Source: a virus. From it: DNA of 64,000 nucleotides. Of this stretch, positions 33,352 to 42,915 are shown in pieces (the first letter of the stretch is position 1; each line of letters starts with the position of its first letter). The translations under genes were made by a program, and so were the position numbers. Below the pieces are notes generated by a model. The model was not told the origin of the DNA and did no database searches. It worked only from the letters and a program-made list of their open reading frames with translations. The stretch lies in the IMG/VR virus record IMGVR_UViG_3300022848_000777, positions 96,001 to 160,000 of that record, one strand, 5' to 3'.

Positions 33352-34238
33352 GGTTAACGTTGAAAATTAGGGTTAACCAAACTAAATTAGTATCTTTATT
33401 TTGTTGGGTTGGGGAAGTAACCTCACCAATTTAAAATTCAAGGTGATATGATTAGTTTTCAAGAATACCAAACATTGTTTCCAATTATCAATAATATCGA
33501 AACCCAATTAGTAGATGCAGAGGTAAGGTTTGATAGAAACCCATGTAAGAGAACCGCAACTAAGTTTTCTAACTTAAAACATACCTTAAAGATCGAAGTA
33601 GTTAAAGCTCTTAAAGAATATAGGGCAACTGATGAGTATGTGGTTGATGTGATTGAAAATGAGAAACAACTGATGATAGAGTTGAATAACATTGTAAAGG
33701 GTATCTAGAATTGAACGAACATAAATAAAATATACAACTATGAATTTTTTCAATAATCTTTTTCATATCAACCGTAAATACCATTGGTATTCTGTTAAAT
33801 TCATCTATGAAACAAAAAATACCAATCATGTTGTTCTTGATTACCATAATCAGGTTGGATTTAAAGATCAATCTTCTATTCTAGATTTTAGAAAGGTAAA
33901 GAAAGCAATGGGCCCGATTTATGGGATAGATTCAACTAGATCTCACCTTTGTAATAGAAACCTTAACGTTGAACTAGTATGTTACTTAGGATATTTTTCA
34001 AAAAAATAATTTAAATGGATGAAACCGAAATTTTGTTACTGATACTATGTATAATTTCTATTATAGTATCAGTTATTTCCTTAATATGGAATTTTGTACT
34101 AAATAAGTGGATAACGGTTGTTAAATCAACTCAAATTGAATTTGCTAATAAATTAAATTCAGTGCATGGTAATACTGTGAATCTCGCTGCATTAGCTAGG
34201 GCTAATAAAATGAAAGTGAATAGATTAAAATCTAAAAA

Positions 34239-34625
34239 GTGATGGCAGCAGATATCCCATTTAGGGTAATAATAGCAGGTGGTCGTGATTACACTGATTA
34301 TCTAAAAGTATGGAATTGTTGTGATTTTTACTTATCAAATAAAGTCAATGGTGTTGAAGTATTAACAGGTGGTGCGGGTGGTGCAGATGCATTAGGTAAG
34401 CAATATGCAGATTTACGTAATTATTCAAATACAATATACTTAGCAAATTGGAAATCGTATGGTAAAACAGCAGGGCCTATTAGAAATGAAAGAATGGTAA
34501 AAAATGCCGATGCATTAATAGCATTTTGGGATGGTCTAAGTAAAGGAACTGGTAATATTATTAAATTAGCGAAAAGAGCTGGTTTATTAATTAGAGTGAT
34601 ATCATATGATCCAATAAAAAAATAA
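34239..34625 (+). CDS. SLOG-family protein (YspA/DUF2493-like)
   Basis: VIIAGGRDY, GGAGGADALG, AGPIRNERM, AFWDGLSKGT. Confidence 0.85.
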   Translation: MMAADIPFRVIIAGGRDYTDYLKVWNCCDFYLSNKVNGVEVLTGGAGGADALGKQYADLRNYSNTIYLANWKSYGKTAGPIRNERMVKNADALIAFWDGLSKGTGNIIKLAKRAGLLIRVISYDPIKK

Positions 34626-34936
34626 AACTCAAATTTCGATGGTTATTTAAATAACTATCATACTTATAGATAATAATGAAACACATTAACCTACATATAA
34701 ATTATTCGTCGCCGGCCTTAAAAAGCCTGAATGATATTATTGCGTTCGGCCAGGAAACGGTCGTTAGGGCATTTCAACTATGTAGACGAGTTTCGAACAG
34801 TTGGGATGCCAGATAACCCAATTACCTAGTTCGGAATTAACTTCAACAAATTTTAACATTTTATATTAGATTTAATCAATAACTTTGATTATATTTGCAA
34901 TGTAAGTTACGAATCTCAAACGTGGGATTTATAATC

Positions 34937-35023
34937 GGAAGGTTGACAGAATGGTATTGTAGCGGATTGCTAATCCGTGGTCGTTAGTTCGGCTTGTGAG
35001 TTCGAATCTCACATCTTCCACCA
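34937..35023 (+). tRNA. tRNA-Ser(GCT)
   Basis: Cloverleaf with long variable arm and encoded CCA. Confidence 0.92.
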
Positions 35024-35184
35024 AAAATTAATTAACAATTTCTTAACATATGAAATTAGGTTTAACCAAACTAAATTCGTATCTTTGTTTTGTTGGGTTA
35101 GGGAAGAAACGTTTTCTTTAATCATTAGAGTTTGAAATATTAATATCGTTACTGTGGATCGATAGTAACGATTATAAAATAAAT

Positions 35185-35258
35185 GGTACTGCATCATATC
35201 GGTGTATGCTGCTTCCCTGTCACGGAAGAGATTGTGGGTTCGAATCCCATCAGTACCG
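35185..35258 (+). tRNA. tRNA-Asp(GTC)
   Basis: Acceptor GGTACTG/CAGTACC; loop CT-GTC-AC. Confidence 0.9.
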
Positions 35259-35303
35259 CTTTAGAGTTTTTATAAGTTTCTCTTTTAAAGAACTTTGTTT
35301 TTC

Positions 35304-35375
35304 CGCCCATTCGTCTAACGGCTAGGACTTTAGGTTTTCGACCTGAGAATGAGAGTTCGATTCTCTCATGGGTGA
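35304..35375 (+). tRNA. tRNA-Glu(TTC)
   Basis: Acceptor CGCCCAT/ATGGGTG; loop TT-TTC-GA. Confidence 0.85.
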
Positions 35376-35529
35376 CAAATTGGTATAGTTTAGCACATCC
35401 CCATAAGGATGTTAAAACGACTTTCAAGGATAAGGTAAGAAAGATGAATTAACATCTACCGTGCATATTAATAGTTTAGTTCATTGACGTATTGGGAATT
35501 ATGAAGTGGTTTAAATTCCACTTCAATTT

Positions 35530-35618
35530 GGAAGGGCGTATGGCTGGCGTACTTATCAGTCTTGAAAACTGTGATGTCGGGTAAAACTGGCGTGTGGGTT
35601 CGATCCCCACTCTTTCCA
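35530..35618 (+). tRNA. tRNA-Ser(TGA)
   Basis: Loop CT-TGA-AA; long variable arm. Confidence 0.88.
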
Positions 35619-35807
35619 CAACAGCATAGGAACGTGAATACTCATCATTGAAACAAGTACTATACTCTAAGTGAAATTAATATTTAGTAAGTGTTGGTGA
35701 TGCTTCAACGAACGATTGATAAAGTAACTTAAAAAATTATCATTTATGGTAGTGATTGGGAATAGCCAATTAATGCATGAAAACAGCTACCATAAATGAT
35801 TTTACAA

Positions 35808-35881
35808 TGGCTCGTAACTCAGCTGGTTAGAGTACTCGACTTTTAATCGAGGTGTCGTGAGTTCGATCCTCACCGGGCCAA
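35808..35881 (+). tRNA. tRNA-Lys(TTT)
   Basis: Canonical cloverleaf. Confidence 0.93.
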
Positions 35882-36075
35882 CAAATTTCGTTAGTTTAAT
35901 CTTCGTGTTTAACAACACTGAAAAACGCCCTACGTGTGGGTACTGATAGTATGAAATCTATCACGAGATTACTTTATTAAAAAATAACCCAAATGATGTA
36001 TTAGTTCCCATGCACAATGGATCTGATGTGATCATAACGGTATCATATTTCTAGAGTGTGGTATTTAGGGTTTAT

Positions 36076-36160
36076 ACCTTTGTGGCGAAATGGTTAATAC
36101 GCGCTAGCCTTAGAAGCTAGTATCAGAAATGGTGTATGGGTTCGACTCCCATCAGGGGTA
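36076..36160 (+). tRNA. tRNA-Leu(TAG)
   Basis: Cloverleaf with long variable arm. Confidence 0.92.
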
Positions 36161-36165
36161 CACAT

Positions 36166-36248
36166 GCTGGAATGGCGGAATGGTAGACGCGCAGGTTTCA
36201 AAAACCTGTATCCGAAAGGGTGTGTGGGTTCAACTCCCACTTTCAGTA
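36166..36248 (+). tRNA. tRNA-Leu(CAA)
   Basis: Cloverleaf with long variable arm. Confidence 0.92.
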
Positions 36249-36273
36249 CAAACAACTTCTAACGTGGAAGTTG

Positions 36274-36425
36274 GGTAACGTGGTGAAACTGGAAAACACG
36301 CTGTTTGTCTGCATCTGCCTTTGGAATTGGCAATAGTTAAAAGAGGGAAAAGTCATAATCCCGAAACTAGAAACAACTAGGCGAGGCGGGTGACTTAAGT
36401 ATGGGTTCGAATCCCATCGTTACTA
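36274..36425 (+). ncRNA. tRNA-like RNA with a roughly 70-nt structured insert replacing the anticodon loop
   Basis: Acceptor GGTAACG/CGTTACT+A, Leu-type D arm GTG..GG..CAC, perfect T arm ATGGG-TTCGAAT-CCCAT; 152 nt in total. Confidence 0.75.
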
Positions 36426-36527
36426 CTAAGAGAGAAGGAAGCGGCGCATCACTAATCGATGAAAATACGCTGTTGAGGGGGCTGATTAGATGCCATGCGG
36501 ATGTGACGTGAAATTCTCTTTTTAAAT

Positions 36528-36613
36528 GCTCCTGTGGCGAAATGGTTATACGCGCTGGGTTTAAATTCCAGTATCTGAAACATGGTGTGTGGGTTCGAAT
36601 CTCTCTAGAGGTA
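36528..36613 (+). tRNA. tRNA-Leu(TAA), degenerate copy
   Basis: Anticodon arm intact; mismatches in the acceptor (C:A) and T stem (T:T). Confidence 0.7.
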
Positions 36614-37066
36614 CTATTAAAATATATGGGGGTGTGTAAGTAGCACTTACAGGTAGGTAGCATGAGAAGCTTGAAGAATCGGATAGAATTACGTAATATA
36701 TCTGGGAGATAGTTGATAGCTAGAATAAAACCTACTGGCCCACCCTCACCAATTAAATGTTCCTTAATTAAGGAACATTATTAAAATACGGGCCAACTAA
36801 GATTGTAAATTTAGTTAACTACTAGGCTAGTGTGTCACACATGATGAGAAATAGGGTAGTTCCTTATAGTGAAAAGTGGTTGGATGAATTGCCACCAGAT
36901 TGATCATCTGTCTAAGAATTAAGAGATAAATTATAGGCTTCTCACTGATCTATTCCTAACTTTTTACAAATAGGCTGAGTCGGCTCCTTTTTGGATAGAC
37001 ACGATAGTAATTTGTATTGAGGACAACAATGAACATCTCAGCTGGATAATACATGGTGTTCAACTT

Positions 37067-37140
37067 ACTTCTATAGCTCAGTTGGTTAGAGCAATTCTTT
37101 TACATGGAATAGGCCATTGGTTCGAATCCAGTTAGGAGTA
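37067..37140 (+). tRNA. tRNA-Val(TAC)
   Basis: Canonical cloverleaf. Confidence 0.92.
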
Positions 37141-37156
37141 CAATTATTAAAAATAT

Positions 37157-37239
37157 GGGCATCGAAAGTTGATTGGATTCAGCAGCCAGACTGTAAATCT
37201 GGTCCTTTACGGGGAGTGGTTCGAATCCACCGAGGCCCA
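37157..37239 (+). tRNA. tRNA-Tyr(GTA)
   Basis: Loop CT-GTA-AA; long variable arm. Confidence 0.88.
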
Positions 37240-37442
37240 CAATAAAACAAAATCCCACTTGAAGATAAACAACACTTACGTTTGAGACCTTAACATTAAG
37301 TTGGTAGGAGAGGGGTATAAACTGTATCAGCAGTTGTGTTTATTGTAGAGGTAGGCGTAAGATGTTTTGTGGTATAAGTACCCGCCAATCCCTTACAAGT
37401 ATTCCACTGAAATTTGGATGGGGGTTTGTTTTATTTTGATAT

Positions 37443-37513
37443 CGGGTTGACGAATGGGGTATCGGCTATGATTTGGAGTCATGGCGTAGTGAGTTCGACT
37501 CTCACCAACCCGA
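37443..37513 (+). tRNA. tRNA-Pro(TGG)
   Basis: Acceptor CGGGTTG/CAACCCG; reduced D arm. Confidence 0.82.
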
Positions 37514-37527
37514 CGATATTAGTAAAC

Positions 37528-37601
37528 GCATCTGTAACTCAATTGGATAGAGTGTCTGCCTTCGAAGCAGAGAGTTGGGAGTTCGAGTCTCTCCAGGTGT
37601 G
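37528..37601 (+). tRNA. tRNA-Arg(TCG)
   Basis: Canonical cloverleaf. Confidence 0.9.
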
Positions 37602-37815
37602 CAATTGTAATATAATATTACTTCATAAAAACTTGAAATAGATGTGGTAAAACACTACGTATCGGGTAGAATGGATAGGCAAAATAGGTTGGGGTTATAC
37701 ACAAGTCATGTAAATAGGAAGCTACCCATCACTATCCAATAAGATTGATGAAAATATTAACGATTATCCTTTAGAGTGGTGACTAACATCAATTATAATT
37801 TATCTATTTCAATAT

Positions 37816-37887
37816 TGCCCCCTCATCTAATTGGCAGGATGCCTGGTTTTGAGCCAGAGAATTGAGGTTCGAATCCTTGGGGGGCAA
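37816..37887 (+). tRNA. tRNA-Gln(TTG)
   Basis: Acceptor TGCCCCC/GGGGGCA. Confidence 0.9.
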
Positions 37888-37901
37888 CTATATTTAAAAT
37901 C

Positions 37902-37975
37902 GGTTCCATAGTTTAGAAGGCATAAAATAAATCTCTTGTAAAGATTAGAAATCAGTTCGATCCTGATTGGAACCT
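37902..37975 (+). tRNA. tRNA-Thr(TGT)
   Basis: Loop CT-TGT-AA. Confidence 0.88.
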
Positions 37976-37979
37976 CTAA

Positions 37980-38051
37980 GGTGTTGTAACTCAGCGGTAG
38001 AGTGCTAGATTGAAGATCTAGTGGTCGGTGGTTCGATCCCACCCAGCACCA
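37980..38051 (+). tRNA. tRNA-Phe(GAA)
   Basis: Canonical cloverleaf. Confidence 0.92.
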
Positions 38052-38064
38052 CAATATAAAATAC

Positions 38065-38136
38065 ACAAGTGTCGTCTAATGGCTAAGATTACGGATTCCA
38101 AACCCGTAGATGGGGGTTCGATACCTTTCACTTGTG
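38065..38136 (+). tRNA. tRNA-Trp(CCA)
   Basis: Loop TT-CCA-AA. Confidence 0.88.
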
Positions 38137-38228
38137 CAATTATTAACAATTTGGTAACATAGAAAATTAGGATATGATATCAAATAACCGTATCTTTATT
38201 TCATTCTGTTGATTCAGAACTATAACAT

Positions 38229-38302
38229 TCCCCCGTAGCTCAGTTGGTTAGAGCGGCACCCTGTTAAGGTGAGGGTCATAGGTTCGAATCCTATTGGGGG
38301 AG
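38229..38302 (+). tRNA. tRNA-Asn(GTT)
   Basis: Canonical cloverleaf. Confidence 0.92.
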
Positions 38303-38349
38303 CAACATAAATTAAATAACATATAAAATCTTAGAAGTTTGATAAGTAT

Positions 38350-38423
38350 GGGTATATAGCTCAATTGGTTAGAGCATCACCCTGATACGGTGAAGGTTAT
38401 GAGTTCGAGTCTCATTATACCCA
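38350..38423 (+). tRNA. tRNA-Ile(GAT)
   Basis: Canonical cloverleaf. Confidence 0.93.
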
Positions 38424-38547
38424 CTTAATTTTAATACGGAGATGTAATGAAGAAATTAATAAAAGAGAACTTAGATACTATAGGTATACTTGTATTTTTA
38501 ACAATTTATACGTTAATTGTAATAAGTTATATGTACTAAGTAATTAT

Positions 38548-38622
38548 GGTGATTATAGCTCAGTTGGTTAGAGTGCTTGACTGTGAATCAAGAGGTCGTC
38601 AGTTCGAGTCTGACTTTTCACC
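38548..38622 (+). tRNA. tRNA-His(GTG)
   Basis: G-1:C73 present; two T:T mismatches in the acceptor stem. Confidence 0.88.
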
Positions 38623-38628
38623 CAAAAT

Positions 38629-38700
38629 GCCGTAACTTTTGGAAGGGTAAGGTGTAAGCGCTTATGCTAGTTGCTTGGGGTTCGAATCCCCGTTACGGCT
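38629..38700 (+). ncRNA. tRNA-like RNA with no assignable anticodon
   Basis: Perfect acceptor GCCGTAA/TTACGGC+T and T arm TGGGG-TTCGAAT-CCCCG; the anticodon arm cannot form a 5-bp stem with a 7-nt loop. Confidence 0.7.
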
Positions 38701-38773
38701 CAAATATTTAAATCAAAGCGGAAGATTGTACATTAAATTGTCCGAAGTACTTAACAGATTGATTTAAAATTAT

Positions 38774-38847
38774 GGTATAGTACCCAAGTGGTCTAAAGGG
38801 GCGGGTTGCAACCCCGTTATTCATTGGTTCGAATCCAATCTATACCT
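38774..38847 (+). tRNA. tRNA-Cys(GCA)
   Basis: U73; loop TT-GCA-AC. Confidence 0.9.
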
Positions 38848-38875
38848 CTAATATAAACAAGTAATATATGTAATA

Positions 38876-39328
38876 ATGAAAGTTTTCAAAAAAGTAAACG
38901 GTGAAAAAGTAGATGTAATTAAACACACTTTGGATGTAATCAAAAAAAACCCTGATGTAGAAATACATATCGGTACAGATTCACAAAGCAGTGGACATCT
39001 AACCACATACGTTACTGTGATTGCTTACAGATATTCCACACGTGGAGTTCATTACATATTTTGGAAAGAAAAAGTACCTAGAATTAAAGATAAGTTTACT
39101 AAATTATACAAAGAAACTGTATTGACTATTGAAGTAGCTGAATGGTTTACTTCTCAAATCAAAAGTGTAAAGGTTGAATTGGATTTCGATTACAATGGTG
39201 ATAAAAAGCACTTCTCTCAAAGATTAGTTCCAGCAACGAAAGGTTGGGCAGAAGGTTTGGGATATAAGGTGAATATTAAACCAGTAAAGCAAATCGCTAC
39301 TCATGCAGCGGATTACCACTGTAGATAA
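38876..39328 (+). CDS. RNase H-like YkuK/DUF458 family protein
   Basis: IHIGTDSQ...KLYKE...ELDFD...ATHAAD. Confidence 0.85.
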   Translation: MKVFKKVNGEKVDVIKHTLDVIKKNPDVEIHIGTDSQSSGHLTTYVTVIAYRYSTRGVHYIFWKEKVPRIKDKFTKLYKETVLTIEVAEWFTSQIKSVKVELDFDYNGDKKHFSQRLVPATKGWAEGLGYKVNIKPVKQIATHAADYHCR

Positions 39329-39648
39329 CTTCACAATTTAATATTGTAGAAATTCCAGCTGGGAAGTGGAAGTTAACACATAAATATGGTATATCAGAAA
39401 AAGGATATCACGAGAATTTACCATACGCTACGATGGAATTATTGAAATAAATTAGGATTATCGAAATATTATCCGTATATTGTAAGAGCAGATTAAGAGT
39501 GAGAGCAAAAGAAACACATCATGCGAAAACCCTTCGTTTGAAAATGAGCTGTTGAGTTTGGGAATCGGGAGATAAAACGATGAATATACAGCATTGAGAT
39601 AGGGCCCAAAAGCCTCTGATGTGTTTTTTTATATTAATGATTACATAT

Positions 39649-39722
39649 GCGCCCATAGTTCAACTGGATAGAGCATTGTTTTTCTAAAGCAATAGTTGTG
39701 AGTTCGAGTCTCGCTGGGCGTA
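39649..39722 (+). tRNA. tRNA-Arg(TCT)
   Basis: Canonical cloverleaf. Confidence 0.92.
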
Positions 39723-39739
39723 CTAAAATACAATAAAAT

Positions 39740-39813
39740 TGCGGGGTGGACTGGAGAGGCTCCAGCTCGGTCTCATAAGCCGAATGACGTAGGTTCGAAT
39801 CCTATCCCCGCAA
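39740..39813 (+). tRNA. tRNA-Met(CAT), initiator-like
   Basis: Acceptor TGCGGGG/CCCCGCA+A, as in fMet tRNAs. Confidence 0.85.
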
Positions 39814-40162
39814 CTAAACTTATAATGACTATAAGTGAAGCTAAAAGAAGTTGGAATTTGATAAGGGTTTATCACCAACACCAGTTATTTTTAGAAACCC
39901 CGAAAGACCCGAAGTGGTCGTTGTAAGTTTTTTATAAAAATTAATTCAACAATTATGATATTTAATTAAAGGTTAAACCTATGACCTTGTGGAGTATTAA
40001 GCACGTTCGAGTAATGTAAGAGCTTAATAACACTAAATAAAGATAGAATATAAATTGTTAGTATTAGGCTTCCTACCATAGTATAAGATTCCTAATAGAC
40101 ATATTATATCTATTATACTACACTCAATAGGTTGAAAAATGAGTGTATACTTTTATAAAACT

Positions 40163-40237
40163 ATGGAAGAATGGAGAATAATTAGAGATTACGTGGATTA
40201 TAGTGTTTCTAATAAATCAACGATTACTATACTATGA
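40163..40237 (+). pseudogene. NUMOD4 (HNH homing endonuclease N-terminus) remnant
   Basis: MEEWRIIRDYVDYSVSNK followed by an early stop. Confidence 0.55.
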
Positions 40238-40319
40238 TACCGATGGTAGTTTAGATGAAATAATGCATGAGAATGGTAAATTTATAAGATTTGCACCATT
40301 CCGTTAAGTATGATTAAAT

Positions 40320-40405
40320 GCCTCGATGGTGAAATTGGTAGACACGCTGGACTTAAAATTCAGTCCTCAGTGATGGGGGTACGGGTTCGAATCCCGTTCG
40401 GGGCA
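40320..40405 (+). tRNA. tRNA-Leu(TAA)
   Basis: Canonical, with long variable arm. Confidence 0.93.
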
Positions 40406-40640
40406 CTACAAAAATAATGATAAGGTTTTTAACGGTGTTAAGAATCAACTATAATTAACAACATAGATAACCTATATAATATATAATCTTATATAGTTAA
40501 TAATATGATGGGTATACATATGAAAGGAATAATCCACATATATGCAATCTGAATAAGTAGTTATAGAAGATTCACCTGATTCAGATTCATTTTACCGATT
40601 CGCTGGTATTATGATATAACGCGAAATGAAACCGTTTAAT

Positions 40641-40714
40641 GGGGTCTTAGCTCAGTTGGCCAGAGCACTGGATTTGCAATTCAGATGTCAGGGGTTCGAA
40701 TCCCCTAGGCTCCA
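40641..40714 (+). tRNA. tRNA-Ala(TGC)
   Basis: G3:U70 present. Confidence 0.93.
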
Positions 40715-40733
40715 CTTTTTTAAATTAATAGAT

Positions 40734-41222
40734 ATGAAGATAATATTTTTAGATATTGATGGTGTTATGGTTCCCGATTACCAAAAGGTAAATGATCAAG
40801 CATTTCCTAAAGATAATGATTGGGATGCAAAACCATTTTCTCAAAAAGGAATGATAACGTTAAATAATGCAATTTTATCAACTGATGCTAGAGTAGTTAT
40901 TAGTTCAGATTGGAGAAAGCATTATTCGTTACAGGTTATGAGAGATATTTTTGTAGCAGCTGGAATTCTTTATGGTGAAGATACTATTATTGGATATACT
41001 AAAATAATAGGATATGGTGATTATAAATCTAATAGAGCACAAGAAATTCTAGAATGGGTTAGTCTACATAGACCAGATCAATGGGTTGCTATTGATGATT
41101 TAGATTTATCACCATACTTATCAGAGGATAACTTTGTCCACTGTAAATACCCAATTGAGGGTATTAAACAACTCGGCAAACGAGCAGAGATTGAAATAAA
41201 ATTAGGAAGAATTAAACAATAA
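40734..41222 (+). CDS. HAD-family phosphatase, RNA-repair ('Swiss Army Knife') type
   Basis: IIFLDIDGV, VISSDWR, RAQEILEW, WVAIDD. True start is 40734; the upstream extension in the ORF track is tRNA-Ala. Confidence 0.82.
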   Translation: MKIIFLDIDGVMVPDYQKVNDQAFPKDNDWDAKPFSQKGMITLNNAILSTDARVVISSDWRKHYSLQVMRDIFVAAGILYGEDTIIGYTKIIGYGDYKSNRAQEILEWVSLHRPDQWVAIDDLDLSPYLSEDNFVHCKYPIEGIKQLGKRAEIEIKLGRIKQ

Positions 41223-41240
41223 CGATTGTTTATAATAATT

Positions 41241-41635
41241 GGGGCTGACTTGGAATTGATTAGCAGATCTAGTTTATGTGAGTGCAATCAGAGAAATGTC
41301 ATCTATCTCTATAATCTATGGTGATAATAGTTAAACGACGAAAAGTCAGATTTTACCTTCGAAGATGCAATGTCTTTCGTAGGTGGTGAGTTCGCTCTAG
41401 CAGCGTAGCCGATGGGTGATAACTACCTAGAAACAGAAAGTTATAAGTGGGTGCTAACTACCTTAAAGTGTAGTAGGATAGTGGAAATCCGTTATGAGAA
41501 TGTTTTTACAAAGTTGACATTATAAACCACATCAATAATTTTGGTATTTTGTTTATTTAGAAAAATGAACTATGATTGTGAATGAATTTGTATGACGTGC
41601 TGAATAAGACGAGGGTTCGAATCCCTCCAGCTCCA
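41241..41635 (+). ncRNA. ssrA: tmRNA
   Basis: GGGGCTG...GAGGGTTCGAATCCCTC-CAGCTCCA with G3:U70. Tag ORF 41337-41408 reads DEKSDFTFEDAMSFVGGEFALAA*. Confidence 0.95.
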
Positions 41636-41714
41636 GATAACCGAAATTAACACACCTGCACGTGGTGGTTATCGCATATTCCGATTTGGAATAACTAAGA
41701 TGTTAATAATATAA

Positions 41715-41788
41715 GCGTGAGTAGCTCAGTTGGTCAGAGCGTTTGGTTTCCAACCAAAGGGTCGTGGGTTCGAATCCCACCTTGCGCT
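41715..41788 (+). tRNA. tRNA-Gly(TCC)
   Basis: Canonical cloverleaf. Confidence 0.93.
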
Positions 41789-41861
41789 CAAATAAACATT
41801 AAATTAAATTAGGATATATAAAATAGAATTCGTATATTGTATTTATATAATATATATTATC

Positions 41862-41936
41862 GGGCCTTTAGCTCAGTTGGTTAGTAGCAGTACGCTCATA
41901 ACGTAAAGGTCGGGGGTTCGAGTCCCTCAAGGCCCA
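41862..41936 (+). tRNA. tRNA(CAT), probably Ile2 (lysidine type)
   Basis: Acceptor GGGCCTT/AAGGCCC resembles Ile2; elongator Met is not excluded. Confidence 0.8.
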
Positions 41937-41962
41937 CTCAAATTAAATAATAAGGATGATAA

Positions 41963-42559
41963 ATGAAAGTAGTAACATTAGAGAACCTAGCATACGCTAT
42001 TAAATACGGTAACAAATCATCAGTTAATGAGGCCTCATTAAATAGGGTATATCAACATACTCAAAAAGAAGCATCTGATAGCTTTTCTATAATCACCGCA
42101 TATCGTGGTGGTAATAGTAAATCAGATAACACAAAAAGAAATAAACGATTGGAATCTGATGTTAGATCATTAGGATTGGGTTTCTTTAAAGTTAAAGGTT
42201 ATTGGATGGAATGTAAGAGTGCTGATATTGATTACTCTAAATGTCCTGATGATATGAAGATACCAGTAGTTGAAGAATCGTTATTCATTCCCAATATAAC
42301 TAAATCAAATGCAGTTAGGTTAGCAAAGAAATACGATCAAGATGCTATCATCTATCAAGGTAAAGAAACCAACGATACTGTTGAATTGATTTCAAAATCA
42401 GGTGGTTCTATTGATAAAATTGGTAAGTTTTCAGCTGGGAAAATAGCAAGAGCATATACTAAGGTTAAAGGTAAATCATTTACGTTTGAAGGATTTGAGT
42501 ATAAACCAAATGGGATGTTAACTAGAATGGCATTTGAATCGATAATGAAGAAAGTATGA
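41963..42559 (+). CDS. SAM lyase/DUF3293-like protein
   Basis: IITAYR...N..RNKRL...LG...VKGYWME...EESLFI...AKKYDQDAII, a pattern resembling phage SAM lyases. Confidence 0.55.
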   Translation: MKVVTLENLAYAIKYGNKSSVNEASLNRVYQHTQKEASDSFSIITAYRGGNSKSDNTKRNKRLESDVRSLGLGFFKVKGYWMECKSADIDYSKCPDDMKIPVVEESLFIPNITKSNAVRLAKKYDQDAIIYQGKETNDTVELISKSGGSIDKIGKFSAGKIARAYTKVKGKSFTFEGFEYKPNGMLTRMAFESIMKKV

Positions 42560-42915
42560 GGTGGGAGAATGTAAGTTTACCTAATAAGATACAATATCTT
42601 AAACAATTAATGAATAATTCTACAGTAGATGTAAGTAGAGATGTCGATGTCATAGATGCATTAATCACAGGTTCAACGACACCATTTTATATGGATGATG
42701 AACTTCAATTTAAAATGCAAGATTCACATATTACATACATGAAAAATTTATGGAATGTAGTTGTAGGTTTACAAAAAAATCAATCAATAATTGATTTAAT
42801 TAAAAGTGAAGTAAAATAATATTTAACATTAATTTAACATCAAAAGTTTTGTTAAGTTAATTTTAATACTTATATTAGCACGGTTGAAACGATAATGATT
42901 GTGGAAACTATAAAT

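Noticed and set aside
36274-36425. Group I intron-containing tRNA or a second tmRNA
   Set aside because: The insert is far too short for a group I core, and there is no G3:U70 pair or tag ORF.
35009-38066. ORF-track proteins 35009-35197, 35194-35427, 36367-36663, 37414-37641, 37827-38066 and the N-terminal extension 40626-40733
   Set aside because: They overlap tRNA genes and are spurious translations.
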